The position numbers and the translations under genes were made by a program. Of a stretch of DNA of 64,000 nt, positions 39,201 through 47,311 are shown piece by piece. Source of the DNA: Candidatus Omnitrophota bacterium (GTDB lineage: Bacteria; Omnitrophota; Omnitrophia; Omnitrophales; Aquincolibacteriaceae); the NCBI GenBank assembly GCA_043732705.1, contig JAYTHE010000026.1, positions 12,136 through 76,135 of the forward strand, in the 5' to 3' direction. The notes under the pieces are model-generated. The model ran no database searches. It worked only from the letters and a program-made list of their open reading frames with translations, and had not been told where the DNA came from. Position 1 is the first letter of the stretch. The number at the start of each line of letters is the position of its first letter.

Positions 39201-42200
39201 AGCAGGGAGCATCCACCGCCATTCAATCTTTTTTTGCCTGGGATCAGAAAGAAAAGACACGCAGCTATCTGAGTTATTTAGCGGATGTCACGGGTGACGG
39301 CCTTCCGGACCGCATCACTTTAGATTCTTGGAGCATGGTTCCGGCAAATCGGTGGTGGGTTGAAGTGAATGATGGAAAAACTTTTAAGGATGCTGTTGCT
39401 TGGGATGGTGTGGAAGGTAGTGCTTTAGCCCAAATCGCGCCTTCCCAAGGTATTGAAGGAGCCGCGACGCAGAGTTCGAATGTAAGCGTGATATCAAAAC
39501 TAATTGATATAAATGGCGACAAAATTCCCGACCATATTTTTTTTAAGGAAGGAACAAATCAATGGGTTGTGCAGTATGGAACAGGGCACGGCTTTTTACC
39601 TTCTCAGCCGATGGAAATCCAGGGTATTCGGAACAAAGAAGCATTTAATGCGGCTAAATACGAATATGCGCACATAAGTTTGCGCGCTCAATATCCTGAT
39701 CTTGTTCAAAATGGCAAATTGGTAATTAGGCTTATCGATGAAAATAATAAAGAAGTTCAAAAATGGGAAATTACGGGCGCAAACAATAGCTGGAAAGATC
39801 AATATTTGGCGATTGACCGTGCAAAAACAGGCGGCCGCTATCTGGATGCGCGTTGGGAGCTTAATGCAGGGGTAGTTGCAGCCGATCCGCAAATTTTAGT
39901 CGATGATGTAAGTTTAATTTCGTTGCATCCCAATGCAAGTACGGAATGGCTAGATTATTTGCTTACGGAAGGGAATGTGATTAATGCCGTGCAAGCGGCG
40001 GCGAATGATCCGGCGATTCATGATTTAGCTCAAGTCGTTAATGCGCAAGACACATTTGATTGGAAAAAACTGCTCGCGGTCGAAACCAAAATTAATTTCA
40101 ATGCAACCGGCGCGGTTAGCGGCGCCGAAAAATTAAATGGTGAAACCTCACAAGTTCAAACTTCGGGCAACACAACCACGATTACTGTGGCGCATACCGA
40201 TGGAACTGTTACTCAAACCACAGTTCCCACCGCAGGTAGTTCAAATAGCTACACAAAAAGCATTAACTATGACAATGGAACACCGGATAATTTAACGGAT
40301 GACTACACTGAGATAGCTATGATTGCTTATGATCGTATGCGAAGTGTGACTCGTGACCACAGTCATAAACAACCGCTTCAATATTCTTATGAATTTGATG
40401 AATTAAATCGAGAGATTACAGTTATCTATGATCCTGATTCTAATGAAACTGAAAAATCACGGGCGGTTTCCGGATTAAATGGGGACGAAAATAAAATTGT
40501 CGCGCAAATCGCGGCCAACGGGGTTGAAACTCGCTACACCTACAATGCTTCCGCTGAGCTCACGCGCACCGAAATTACTTATAAGGGGCGCGTACGCGAA
40601 ACTTTTGAGCAAAGTATTACTGCGGACGGCCTTCACGCGCTCAAAACCGAATCGGGCTCAATCGAGTTTTATAATGAGCAAGGACAAATTGTCGGCCATC
40701 GCACAACCGATGGCTATTATTACAAGCATGAATTTGCTCCGGCTAAAACCATAGAGACTTCTATAACCACTAAAACAGTTGTGTTGTGCGATTCCGCAAA
40801 GCAAGATTGTTCAGCAATTCCTGTCGCGCAACGCACGCTTACAGTTCAAATTCCGACAGTTACCTTGACAGACTGTTTAATTAATTGCGAAACCATTCAT
40901 CAGGTTACACTCGATCATCTTACCGACTTAGATGGCAATATTGCTTTTTATACAGGCTCGCAGTTAAGCAGTCTTGAATTATCAACGGGCCTTAAGATGA
41001 CTTTCGACGGAATGATTACCGAAAATAGCAAAGATGTTAATGGTAATGATATTGAAATTACCAAGCCCAAGAACGTGGTCATTTTTCATCAAGATGGAAC
41101 GATCACTGAGTTTAAGAATGGTCTGCCATACTCTGTCACTTCCGCAGCTGGCCACGTTATTTCTATTGAGCCCGACACAGAGACGACGACTACAGGTCGT
41201 GTTGTATTAAAAAATCCTTCCTCCTCCGCCGAGTTTCACTACGCTGAAGCGGTCAAGCTTTGGAATCAGAAAGTTTTGGCTAATTTTGATAAATATCAAT
41301 TGCCGGACAGCCAAGTTGTGCAGGTGGAATATGCAAAGACGGGCAACAAGATCGTTACGCAGCTTTTCGCGTCAGGTGGGCGGGAAATGTATGACGCTGC
41401 CGGGCATATTGACTTTGTGGTTTCCGAAGAAGGGGATCGCATTATTGATTATGACTATGATGCAGCCGGCAATCCTACCGCGATCCATTTAGAAGGCTCG
41501 CGCCGCAAACTTGATCAGACCATATTAGATCTTAAAATTGAAATAGCTTTAAAACAGTATCAGTCTTTACTTGATGTGGCAGAACGCGAGCAGATTTTAA
41601 ATGAAACAGTAGAAAGTCAGTACATTGTTCAACGCAATCAGTTAATCGCGTTACGCGCGCAAATTGAATCGCAGCGAAACCAACTAGCCTCGATTAAAGT
41701 TAAAGGCAAAGCCGGTAAAAATTCAATATCGGACGCGATGCAGCAAATTAATGTTGGTCTCGGGCAGGTGAATCAGGCTTTATACCAATTGCTCGAAAAT
41801 CGTACGCAAGCGCTCGCGAATTTACAAGGCCAGGTGAAAAATCTTAATACGCAGATTAATGACCAAACAACGCAGGCTTACACGGACATTTCAAATAAAG
41901 AAAGAGAAGTTCAAAATTCAATCCTGACGCAGGAAATTTCGCCGATCGTTTATCACTGGTACCGCACAATTCTTGGTCGCGATCCCTCTGAGTCGGAGTA
42001 TGAAGCTGCCAAGTCTTTGGCCAACTATAGCTCGGGGACATTTAACCTTACAAGTCTTAAGGCGCAGCTTCAAAATAGCCCTGAATATGTCCAACGCACA
42101 GCGGAAGTAGCCGCGATTAAAGCCGCAGTTAAGACGCAATTGCTTAATTATTTAGCGGCAGATGACGCCGGCAAGCAAGCCTTTGTCGCAGGTTTAGGAA

Positions 42201-45200
42201 TTAATTCTCAAAATAGAGTGTCTCTTGCTCGGGCTGAAGTGGATGCAATTTTTGTATGGATGGATAAGCAAAACTTGCACTTTGGTCAATCCGCTTTCAT
42301 TTCCTTAGAAGCGCTGCTTGACGATGCGGGCATTGCGCACAACCGCATTAATATGGCGCGGGATTTAATTTTAACTGACATTATTACCGGTACTCTTACT
42401 CCGATTGAAAAAGGTGATTTGCTTATTTCGATGTATGCGATGAATGCCTATGCCGCCCGGTTTGGTTTAAATTTATCGCCACTCAAACTAACTTACGACG
42501 CCCTCAAGTCTATTTTTGATACTTGGTGCGTTGAGCATGGTTCATGCGCGGGATTCCGTTTGGTTGCGCATATGGATGGTAATCATTACGTTGTAGTTAC
42601 AGGCATTACTACGCGGGTTGAAGATGGGAAGACTATCGAAGAAGTTCACTATACTGATCCGGGCGCGGGCAAGAACGGTGACGAAGCGGTTGTCGTATCC
42701 AAAGATGATTTTTTGAAGTATTGGATTAATCAATCCGCAAAGTTAGACAGCCCGGATGCATCTAACTTACAAAACTCAGCTATGGGTTATATCCTCTCGC
42801 CGCGCGCGCCTCCGGCTGCTAAAAAAAGTGAATTCCGTGTTTTAAATTTCACAGAGCAAATGCAGGTTCGCGGCTCCTTCTTCTTTCTCATTCCCATTAT
42901 CGTAGCTGCTATCGTTGTAGCTATTCATGCCATTGTTGGCGCAATTATCGCAGCGATCACGGCGATTATCGGCGCACTCGTAGCAAGTGTTAGCACAATC
43001 ATTACCGGTTTCACCACGTTCTTTGGTGGATTATTCGGAAATTTCTTAACAACATTCTCTGGATTTTTTACCGGAATATTTCACGGTTTGACTTCGCTCG
43101 GCGGACTTGTTTTTAATGCGATTACGTACGGTCCTAATGCGGTTCTTGGAGTGCTTGGCCTGAAAGCCGGAACCTTTCTCGGCAGCGTGGTTTTCTCAAG
43201 CTTGATAGGCGCTGAATTCTTGGGTGCAGGAAAGCTTTTAGAATTGACGGGTTTGTCCCCAAAATTCGCGCAAACGATTATTAACTTTGGAAAAATTATC
43301 ACGGGTGTCAGTCTTATCGCAACGGGCGCTGGAAGTGTTCTTGGATTCGGATTCATCAGCGCGGGAACAACGGATTTGCTCCATGCCTATACAAATCTTT
43401 CACCGCAGTTTATCAATGCTCTTTCCATTGGTGCGCAGGCATTAAGCGCGTTTGGAATTGGTGGAGTTATCGGCGGAACTATCCAAGGCGCAATGAATGC
43501 GCTTAAAGAAGCAACTCCATTTTTGACGAAAGAGCTTTCATCGCTGGGGTTGCTTAGTTTTGGGACGAGCAAAAGCCTCAGGCTCGCTGCCTTGCTTGAA
43601 ACCCCGATCAATTTATTTACGGGCGCACTTTTGGGAGGAGGGTTTTCAGCAGCTAATATTCTGAACTCCGTCAAAACGGCGCTTTTTAGTCAGCAAGCAC
43701 TTGCTAGTTTTATTTCGATCGGGGCGCAAGTGGGACTGAATGCATTACCGATTAACCCTCTTTTGGCCGGCTTAGGCGGGGTAGTTATTTCGGGGCTGAT
43801 TGATGGATTGGTTCCGGTCAAAAAAGTTCCGGGCTTGGAAATTGGCGCGCCTATTTTTGAAACAACTTATCAATTGAAAGGCGTGCTGGAAGGATTAAAA
43901 AATGCCGTTCAACGCGCCTTCAATACTGTTTTGGAGACTCTTAGAACAGAGTCAGTGCGGTTTGACGTATCAGTTGCGAAAAATGGACTTAAAGCAACTC
44001 TCTCCGACATTGTAGCAAGCGCGCTTGACCGCTCTTCAATTGAAGGTTTGATTGGAACTGTCGGTAACCTCTCGGATTATATTGAAGACAAATATAACAA
44101 TCACTCCACGATCGTTAATTATCACGGTTCGCCGGCTAAAGAAGTCACTTTGGATGTAAATGGTAAAACCGTCATTATGACATTCGATCAGGCGACACAT
44201 GAACTTTTGCGCGTTGATGGCAGCAATGGGCATATTTTAGAAGGCGATTTGCGGCTTGGGGCGAATGGAAATATATACGCTTTTAACGGTTCGGAATTAA
44301 CCTCTGGAGCCAATGGCGTCGTGCAACAGTTTACTTATGAAGACGGCAATCTTGTTTTTTCGCGCTATGTCGGTGATGGTAAAGGCGCGGATTGGTACCC
44401 TGAGCAAGGTAAGAAATTAACTCTTTATTCAGACGGACAATTGCGTGACGGCATTATTGAAGACTTGAGTTCGGGCGCAAAGACGGTTGTGCGCAACGGA
44501 AAAATTATTGAAGTTATCAATCCGCTTAAGCTTGAAATCGCACCGAATTCAATCGGCGGCGAGCAAGTTCCACTTTTTGAGCAGGCAGGGCTGCTTGGCG
44601 AAGATGGAAAATTCACAAATTATGAATATCGAATCAATTCCGCGGCGCTAAAAGGAATGCGGTCAGATGATTTAAGCAGCGCGGCGTTGACGGGCTTAAA
44701 AGAATCCATGAATGATCTTTCCAGTTGGCAGGGAACACCGGCAGGATTTGCGAAAACAGGTATTCAAAAAGTTCAAGCATGGGAGGAGAATTTTTATGCG
44801 GTGAACGGCAGTCCTCTGACAAATCGCGGTTCCTTGGGTGTTTTTCTTGCGGCAGGAGCCATTAAAGGCGTGTTCGATATTGGCAATTTTGGAACAGACA
44901 CGTACTTGGCGGTGGAATCATTAAAAGAAGCGATTCGAACCGGGGAATTCGAAACCGGCGCGAAGAATTATTTTGATAATTGGAAAAATTCGCTTCTCAC
45001 TAATCCTTTGATTTCTGTGGCTAACGTATTTGGAGTCAACACCCCCAATTTAAATCAAGCCGTGTCGTCTATGGGCAACGAAACCATGCGCGTCATGAAT
45101 GCCTTTGGCACCGCAGAAATGGTCAAGGTTTTATGGCCGTACAAAGGAATTTTCGCTACGGGGTTAGTATCTGCTCTGAAAGATGATTTTGGACAGCTCA

Positions 45201-45748
45201 TTAGGAGTGAAGGCGGGTATATTCGAATTGTTCGAGAAACTTTTGGGGAAAGAGTATCAAGATTGCTTGGAAATCCTACCAGCGGTAACTTAAATGAGAT
45301 CGAGGGATTATTACGAAATAAAGTCAATATGCAGGAGGTCTTATTTAAAGAATATAAGAGTGCAACAGATGTGACTGAGGCGGCTCAACGCGGCTTTTTA
45401 AATTTGGATGTTAATACAGCACGATCATTTAAAGGCGGACAGTATCAAGTTAGAGTTTTATCGGAAGATCTTGTAGTGTATCGAGCAGAAGGTGGATTGG
45501 CCAAAAAATATGGCGCATTTTTTGGCACTGAAAAACCTATTAATGCTTACGATGCGGATCGGCTCTATAATGTCGTTGTGCATGGCAATGATGTGCAAGA
45601 GGTTTCTACGTATATAATTAAAAAAGGCACAGTGGTCTACGAAGGTGGGGTAGAAGGTGGGGTAGGTGTTCAAATGTTTTTGAGAAATCCAAAAGAAAAA
45701 GATGTGGCTCTTTTAGCTACAGAAATCTTAGAAAGAAGTACTACATGA
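33296..45748 (+). CDS. Giant (4150 aa) secreted multidomain protein, polymorphic-toxin-like
   Basis: Signal peptide; five ~92-aa Ig-like repeats; YD-like beta repeats; six DxxGDxxxD (FG-GAP-like) motifs; coiled coil; C39-like HYVVV...TDPG; long hydrophobic Gly/Ala-rich segment; distinct C-terminal domain followed by an overlapping small gene. Confidence 0.85.
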   Translation: MRLKKTVKKVTALFLIVTFSWTNLIGANSWAAVEPIQMVNGQATAVTDPFATNTSTTQMGTVPVDFLAQQPVVTTAAAVSLVSIAPTAALKSTNVSSLLGNPKPYILSSSTSATNLSYVNNAFNFGYSVPNTNDKSGFSVSFDNTSTALIETQSLTKMTLGLKGTASTIQLEIVDSSGMHDKILLTGISNTVEQFWKIPTAYFSASVNKAKITQINFIVDQSNTTTTARSGTLNVRLNGLDVASPTAPLVQSAPPAFSNVNNITLSGAKEANTSLLINGVEVMPRNNSTAWSYQVSLPIEGKYIFSLIVKNSLGKISAASTVAITRDTVLPTGTIIIDSGALYSTDLNVALKLSAVDAGSAVKKMSFSADGVNWSAQETYVTAKTLTLSSGDGNKTVYVKFYDGAGNASAVYSKSIIVDTLPPSGTIKVNDGVAMINQRVAMLNLLAVDVGSGVSKMSFSTNGTSWTTAEVYGTTKDWIFSAGDGNKIVYVKFLDKSGKWSTPISAAVLMDTIKPTGSININSGAAYVNLPEIALNLSAADLGGAGIGSMSFSSDNVNWTVPEAYTTTKSFVLSPGDGNKTIYVKYFDKAGNVSVAYSKSILLDTIAPTGTMRINGGESFVSQTAVTLNLTAADSGTGLDKVSFSNDGVNWSVAETFAAEKNWVLAIGEDLKTVFVKFLDKAGNWSSVISNSIFLDVTAPTGAININSGTAYTNSKNITLNLLANDSGSGIDKMSFSVDGINWSALENFTASKAWMLSDNDGNKTIYVKYFDKAGNGSVAYSKSIILDTIAPIIDLLNAPTHANSASYMTQYRVDGVLKDKAFTLSSGMNAISIREIDFAGNETIRTWNVEYSTTEDINLAGGGLQHFENGKIQYQVNADGSRVNYNSDGSIANFSWGIANGNTKVTFLNDAQNSLEIRDASNQLIKIISNVKPPEPNLSNALKINLQDGIETYYSEGVLKEIRTAENVKLFNLTMSAPVSASEVPEIRDAVIAYPNGSIDIMWNKFLIRRITVDGSITDMLPDGTIGREISEEIEQTYLGIYDASGNVAGTKILSNQGDEVTYDEKGILKEVKGHDGKHFVYDRTQSGNQYLLSLNGALSSSASDQTLKSGKYAQDGSVLELDFQNGSKVTFENGQIKQAVNAQGETVNYSQLLSNGLAQGLMVNRGLANFTYDITGFLSQIQTEQGIITREQVDSNHDGLLNDQDTVDLLLELTGGNKLTDFQLDVNGKILNGIIETREGIKQKIENGILRELITADGKKYLIHNGQAELDTWAFQDGIVVKYGGTSIQQILFPNGKRFEQVQLNAQKEIASYVEIDGNTQSFFENGILKKRVFDGVQIFYSIDGRAQKIIRANGAEEFVEHQFDVNGNWVGLNLVSADGMLVYDEDGKLTAILTSGLTAQVEDSTIKSLSTRFGNIQDPVFNAKGNLNGEVVLSDERKLLIQDGKLLRITFKNGTQIDCANGRISRVENSEGIYQLTYLENSSALEDVKVNYVLSPGTSATGLTVEMSLASYLLANPYSEFSKIISPRPAKDIFAGGIQTQLGAHGLLDLSKIVEDQDRGDTYSVGGIFDPNLSDIYNLDGNYNGGYLSKSLMGMIASDLLDLDGDGDLDRIFVDSSKNFWWVQKFENGSFLSAEKWIGIEAIGNTVNNFALRFSNDSNTAVMGNLLDMNGDGRPDRVVASVNENPVWYVQLNNGVGFDPAKIWSNVQPLIQINAGDPINKYALQVRENSSQNQFFISDLIDMDGDNLPDRIIQSQASPVPGADPFNHWFFQKNNGHGFDEAVIWKGINNSFDLDPKIGSGMNVFFNSTTWFDEDLRLAFTSAHASFNNAWTSKNINAYRATFLLTKSMVKGPPGILNWLNSLEPQLFGTTCVKNICTQYIKENVYQAANALFSNIDSVQRNILTTSVLKDMNGDGRPDRILLKQKNPSNANSGYSWYIQWNNGSGFDPAVLFDDQVRSVSGSIAQQGASTAIQSFFAWDQKEKTRSYLSYLADVTGDGLPDRITLDSWSMVPANRWWVEVNDGKTFKDAVAWDGVEGSALAQIAPSQGIEGAATQSSNVSVISKLIDINGDKIPDHIFFKEGTNQWVVQYGTGHGFLPSQPMEIQGIRNKEAFNAAKYEYAHISLRAQYPDLVQNGKLVIRLIDENNKEVQKWEITGANNSWKDQYLAIDRAKTGGRYLDARWELNAGVVAADPQILVDDVSLISLHPNASTEWLDYLLTEGNVINAVQAAANDPAIHDLAQVVNAQDTFDWKKLLAVETKINFNATGAVSGAEKLNGETSQVQTSGNTTTITVAHTDGTVTQTTVPTAGSSNSYTKSINYDNGTPDNLTDDYTEIAMIAYDRMRSVTRDHSHKQPLQYSYEFDELNREITVIYDPDSNETEKSRAVSGLNGDENKIVAQIAANGVETRYTYNASAELTRTEITYKGRVRETFEQSITADGLHALKTESGSIEFYNEQGQIVGHRTTDGYYYKHEFAPAKTIETSITTKTVVLCDSAKQDCSAIPVAQRTLTVQIPTVTLTDCLINCETIHQVTLDHLTDLDGNIAFYTGSQLSSLELSTGLKMTFDGMITENSKDVNGNDIEITKPKNVVIFHQDGTITEFKNGLPYSVTSAAGHVISIEPDTETTTTGRVVLKNPSSSAEFHYAEAVKLWNQKVLANFDKYQLPDSQVVQVEYAKTGNKIVTQLFASGGREMYDAAGHIDFVVSEEGDRIIDYDYDAAGNPTAIHLEGSRRKLDQTILDLKIEIALKQYQSLLDVAEREQILNETVESQYIVQRNQLIALRAQIESQRNQLASIKVKGKAGKNSISDAMQQINVGLGQVNQALYQLLENRTQALANLQGQVKNLNTQINDQTTQAYTDISNKEREVQNSILTQEISPIVYHWYRTILGRDPSESEYEAAKSLANYSSGTFNLTSLKAQLQNSPEYVQRTAEVAAIKAAVKTQLLNYLAADDAGKQAFVAGLGINSQNRVSLARAEVDAIFVWMDKQNLHFGQSAFISLEALLDDAGIAHNRINMARDLILTDIITGTLTPIEKGDLLISMYAMNAYAARFGLNLSPLKLTYDALKSIFDTWCVEHGSCAGFRLVAHMDGNHYVVVTGITTRVEDGKTIEEVHYTDPGAGKNGDEAVVVSKDDFLKYWINQSAKLDSPDASNLQNSAMGYILSPRAPPAAKKSEFRVLNFTEQMQVRGSFFFLIPIIVAAIVVAIHAIVGAIIAAITAIIGALVASVSTIITGFTTFFGGLFGNFLTTFSGFFTGIFHGLTSLGGLVFNAITYGPNAVLGVLGLKAGTFLGSVVFSSLIGAEFLGAGKLLELTGLSPKFAQTIINFGKIITGVSLIATGAGSVLGFGFISAGTTDLLHAYTNLSPQFINALSIGAQALSAFGIGGVIGGTIQGAMNALKEATPFLTKELSSLGLLSFGTSKSLRLAALLETPINLFTGALLGGGFSAANILNSVKTALFSQQALASFISIGAQVGLNALPINPLLAGLGGVVISGLIDGLVPVKKVPGLEIGAPIFETTYQLKGVLEGLKNAVQRAFNTVLETLRTESVRFDVSVAKNGLKATLSDIVASALDRSSIEGLIGTVGNLSDYIEDKYNNHSTIVNYHGSPAKEVTLDVNGKTVIMTFDQATHELLRVDGSNGHILEGDLRLGANGNIYAFNGSELTSGANGVVQQFTYEDGNLVFSRYVGDGKGADWYPEQGKKLTLYSDGQLRDGIIEDLSSGAKTVVRNGKIIEVINPLKLEIAPNSIGGEQVPLFEQAGLLGEDGKFTNYEYRINSAALKGMRSDDLSSAALTGLKESMNDLSSWQGTPAGFAKTGIQKVQAWEENFYAVNGSPLTNRGSLGVFLAAGAIKGVFDIGNFGTDTYLAVESLKEAIRTGEFETGAKNYFDNWKNSLLTNPLISVANVFGVNTPNLNQAVSSMGNETMRVMNAFGTAEMVKVLWPYKGIFATGLVSALKDDFGQLIRSEGGYIRIVRETFGERVSRLLGNPTSGNLNEIEGLLRNKVNMQEVLFKEYKSATDVTEAAQRGFLNLDVNTARSFKGGQYQVRVLSEDLVVYRAEGGLAKKYGAFFGTEKPINAYDADRLYNVVVHGNDVQEVSTYIIKKGTVVYEGGVEGGVGVQMFLRNPKEKDVALLATEILERSTT
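34275..35670 (+). repeat. Five tandem ~276-bp intragenic repeats (Ig-like units)
   Basis: Units start DTVLPTG, DTLPPSG, DTIKPTG, DTIAPTG, DVTAPTG; 35024-35118 and 35576-35670 are near-identical at DNA level. Confidence 0.9.
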
Positions 45749-46107
45749 TTAAATCTTTATCCGAAACTCGCAAATCAATTGTAGAAATAGTTGGGTTTTT
45801 GAAAGTGCACAATGATTTAGTTTGGACTAAATATTTGAGTGGAATGCTTTCGGAGTTTGACAGGGTTTTTGGTGGAGCCGAAGTAGATCAGCAGGGTGGA
45901 AAAAGTATTTTAGAAAAAATCGACAAGCTATTCGGTGGCATGGGCTCATTGAATGATTTGAATATTTACAAAGAGAATGGTCATATTGTAAGTAATGAAA
46001 GAGAAGCCAATGTGGAATTAAGCAAATTACGATCAAGATTATTTGATAATGTTCAGAGAAGTATTTTGGAGATGCAGCAACAACAGGAGAGATCGGAACA
46101 TTTCTAA
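45745..46107 (+). CDS. Putative immunity protein (DUF6966-like)
   Basis: ATGA overlap with the giant gene; small and helical; FGGMGSLNDL motif. Confidence 0.7.
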   Translation: MIKSLSETRKSIVEIVGFLKVHNDLVWTKYLSGMLSEFDRVFGGAEVDQQGGKSILEKIDKLFGGMGSLNDLNIYKENGHIVSNEREANVELSKLRSRLFDNVQRSILEMQQQQERSEHF

Positions 46108-46779
46108 AAGTGCCAGGTCTAAAAGGACAAAAAGTTGAAAAAGATATTAAGTTATGCCAAGAAGACCAAGAGTATTAGTAGATGGTGGAATCTATCATGT
46201 TTTTAATCGTGGAAATAACCGACACGATTTATTTTGTGATCAAGAGGATGCAGGAATTTTCCTTTCGTATTTATATGAAATCAAGCAAGAGCTTGGGGCG
46301 AGCATCTATCACTATTGTTTGATGACCAACCACTTTCATTTTTTGATGAAGGTTGAGAGGGGCGAGGACTTGTCGAAAGTGATGCATAGAGCACAATTGG
46401 GATATGCGCGTTACTTTAAGCGAAAATATAAATTTGTTGGGCATGTGTTTCAGGAACGGTTTCGAAGCCCATTAATTGATAGAGAGGCTTACTACCTCCA
46501 GTGTGGGAGGTATATCGAGCGCAATCCTGTCAAAGCGGACATGGTGAAGAATGCCTGGGACTACGAATGGACGAGTGCTACGTATTATGCGCTAGGTGAA
46601 AAGGATGGAATGATAACTCCAAACCCATATTATGAGGGAATGGGCAAGGATGCAGCGAGTCGGCAGGAGAGTTATCGTAGCTTTTTAGCGATCGAAGATG
46701 CTTATTCAAAGTTAATTGATGAGGCTTTAATTAAATGTTAGTAATCGAACCCGGCACTTTTAGAAATGTTCCGATCTCT
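46088..46779 (+). mobile_element. Y1/HUH transposase element bounded by 27-bp perfect terminal inverted repeats (TIRYT-like)
   Basis: AGAGATCGGAACATTTCTAAAAGTGCC (46088-46114) and its exact reverse complement (46753-46779) flank the transposase. Confidence 0.85.
46154..46741 (+). CDS. REP-associated-type tyrosine transposase (Y1_Tnp/RAYT-like)
   Basis: MPRRPR, YHVFNRGNNR, YCLMTNHFHFL (HUH), GHVFQERF, RYIERNPVKA, YEWTS. Confidence 0.93.
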   Translation: MPRRPRVLVDGGIYHVFNRGNNRHDLFCDQEDAGIFLSYLYEIKQELGASIYHYCLMTNHFHFLMKVERGEDLSKVMHRAQLGYARYFKRKYKFVGHVFQERFRSPLIDREAYYLQCGRYIERNPVKADMVKNAWDYEWTSATYYALGEKDGMITPNPYYEGMGKDAASRQESYRSFLAIEDAYSKLIDEALIKC

Positions 46780-47040
46780 GTTCTAAGATATGCCAGTGAA
46801 CAAAATGGAGCTGGTAGTTTTTTAACCAAAAGTAATTATTCAGATGTCGCTCAAGCTGTTAGTGGATTAAACTTGGAGCCAACTAATAATTTAGCAAGTT
46901 ATAAACAAGTGGTTATGGTGGAAAAACCCACGCTGGTTTTAGAAGGTAAAATTGCCGGAAGTGGTGATGGTTCTGTGCAATCAATAGTCCTCGAGAAAGA
47001 TAGCTTTGTTTTTCAGGCAGGAGAAAGTATTAATGATTAA
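46735..47040 (+). pseudogene. Orphan toxin C-terminal domain fragment
   Basis: After the right IR it reads LRYASEQNGAGSFL...A...LNL...N...VEKPTLVLEGKIAGSGDGSVQ, which parallels the giant protein's C-terminus. The nominal N-terminus is IR-derived. Confidence 0.65.
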
Positions 47041-47311
47041 TAAAGTTTTAATTCAACTAGAAGCTTTAATTCGTCAGTTAGAAACGCCCTTACAAGAAGA
47101 AGAAAAACAGCAAGGGTGGACTGAAGAGAAAAGAAAGATATGGTTGAATTATTTTATTTCGGTGAAGCTTGAAATTAAACTTAAAGGAATTGAATATTAT
47201 AAGAAAAATTCCAAATCAATCATTAGGTCCTTAGATTCTCATAACATCCATGGCGGCAATATTCTCGAAAGCGCTTGTCGCCTTGAAAATTTGGTTCATG
47301 ATTTAAAATGA
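47033..47311 (+). CDS. Putative immunity protein of the orphan toxin tip
   Basis: 92 aa, AT-rich, overlaps the end of the orphan fragment, GGAG RBS. Confidence 0.6.
   Translation: MINKVLIQLEALIRQLETPLQEEEKQQGWTEEKRKIWLNYFISVKLEIKLKGIEYYKKNSKSIIRSLDSHNIHGGNILESACRLENLVHDLK

Noticed and set aside
46154-46741. The Y1 transposase as the mobiliser of the ATTCCC-N8-GGGAAT repeats
   Set aside because: It is flanked by its own unrelated 27-bp IRs and no ATTCCC repeat is near it; those repeats flank the GIY-YIG gene.
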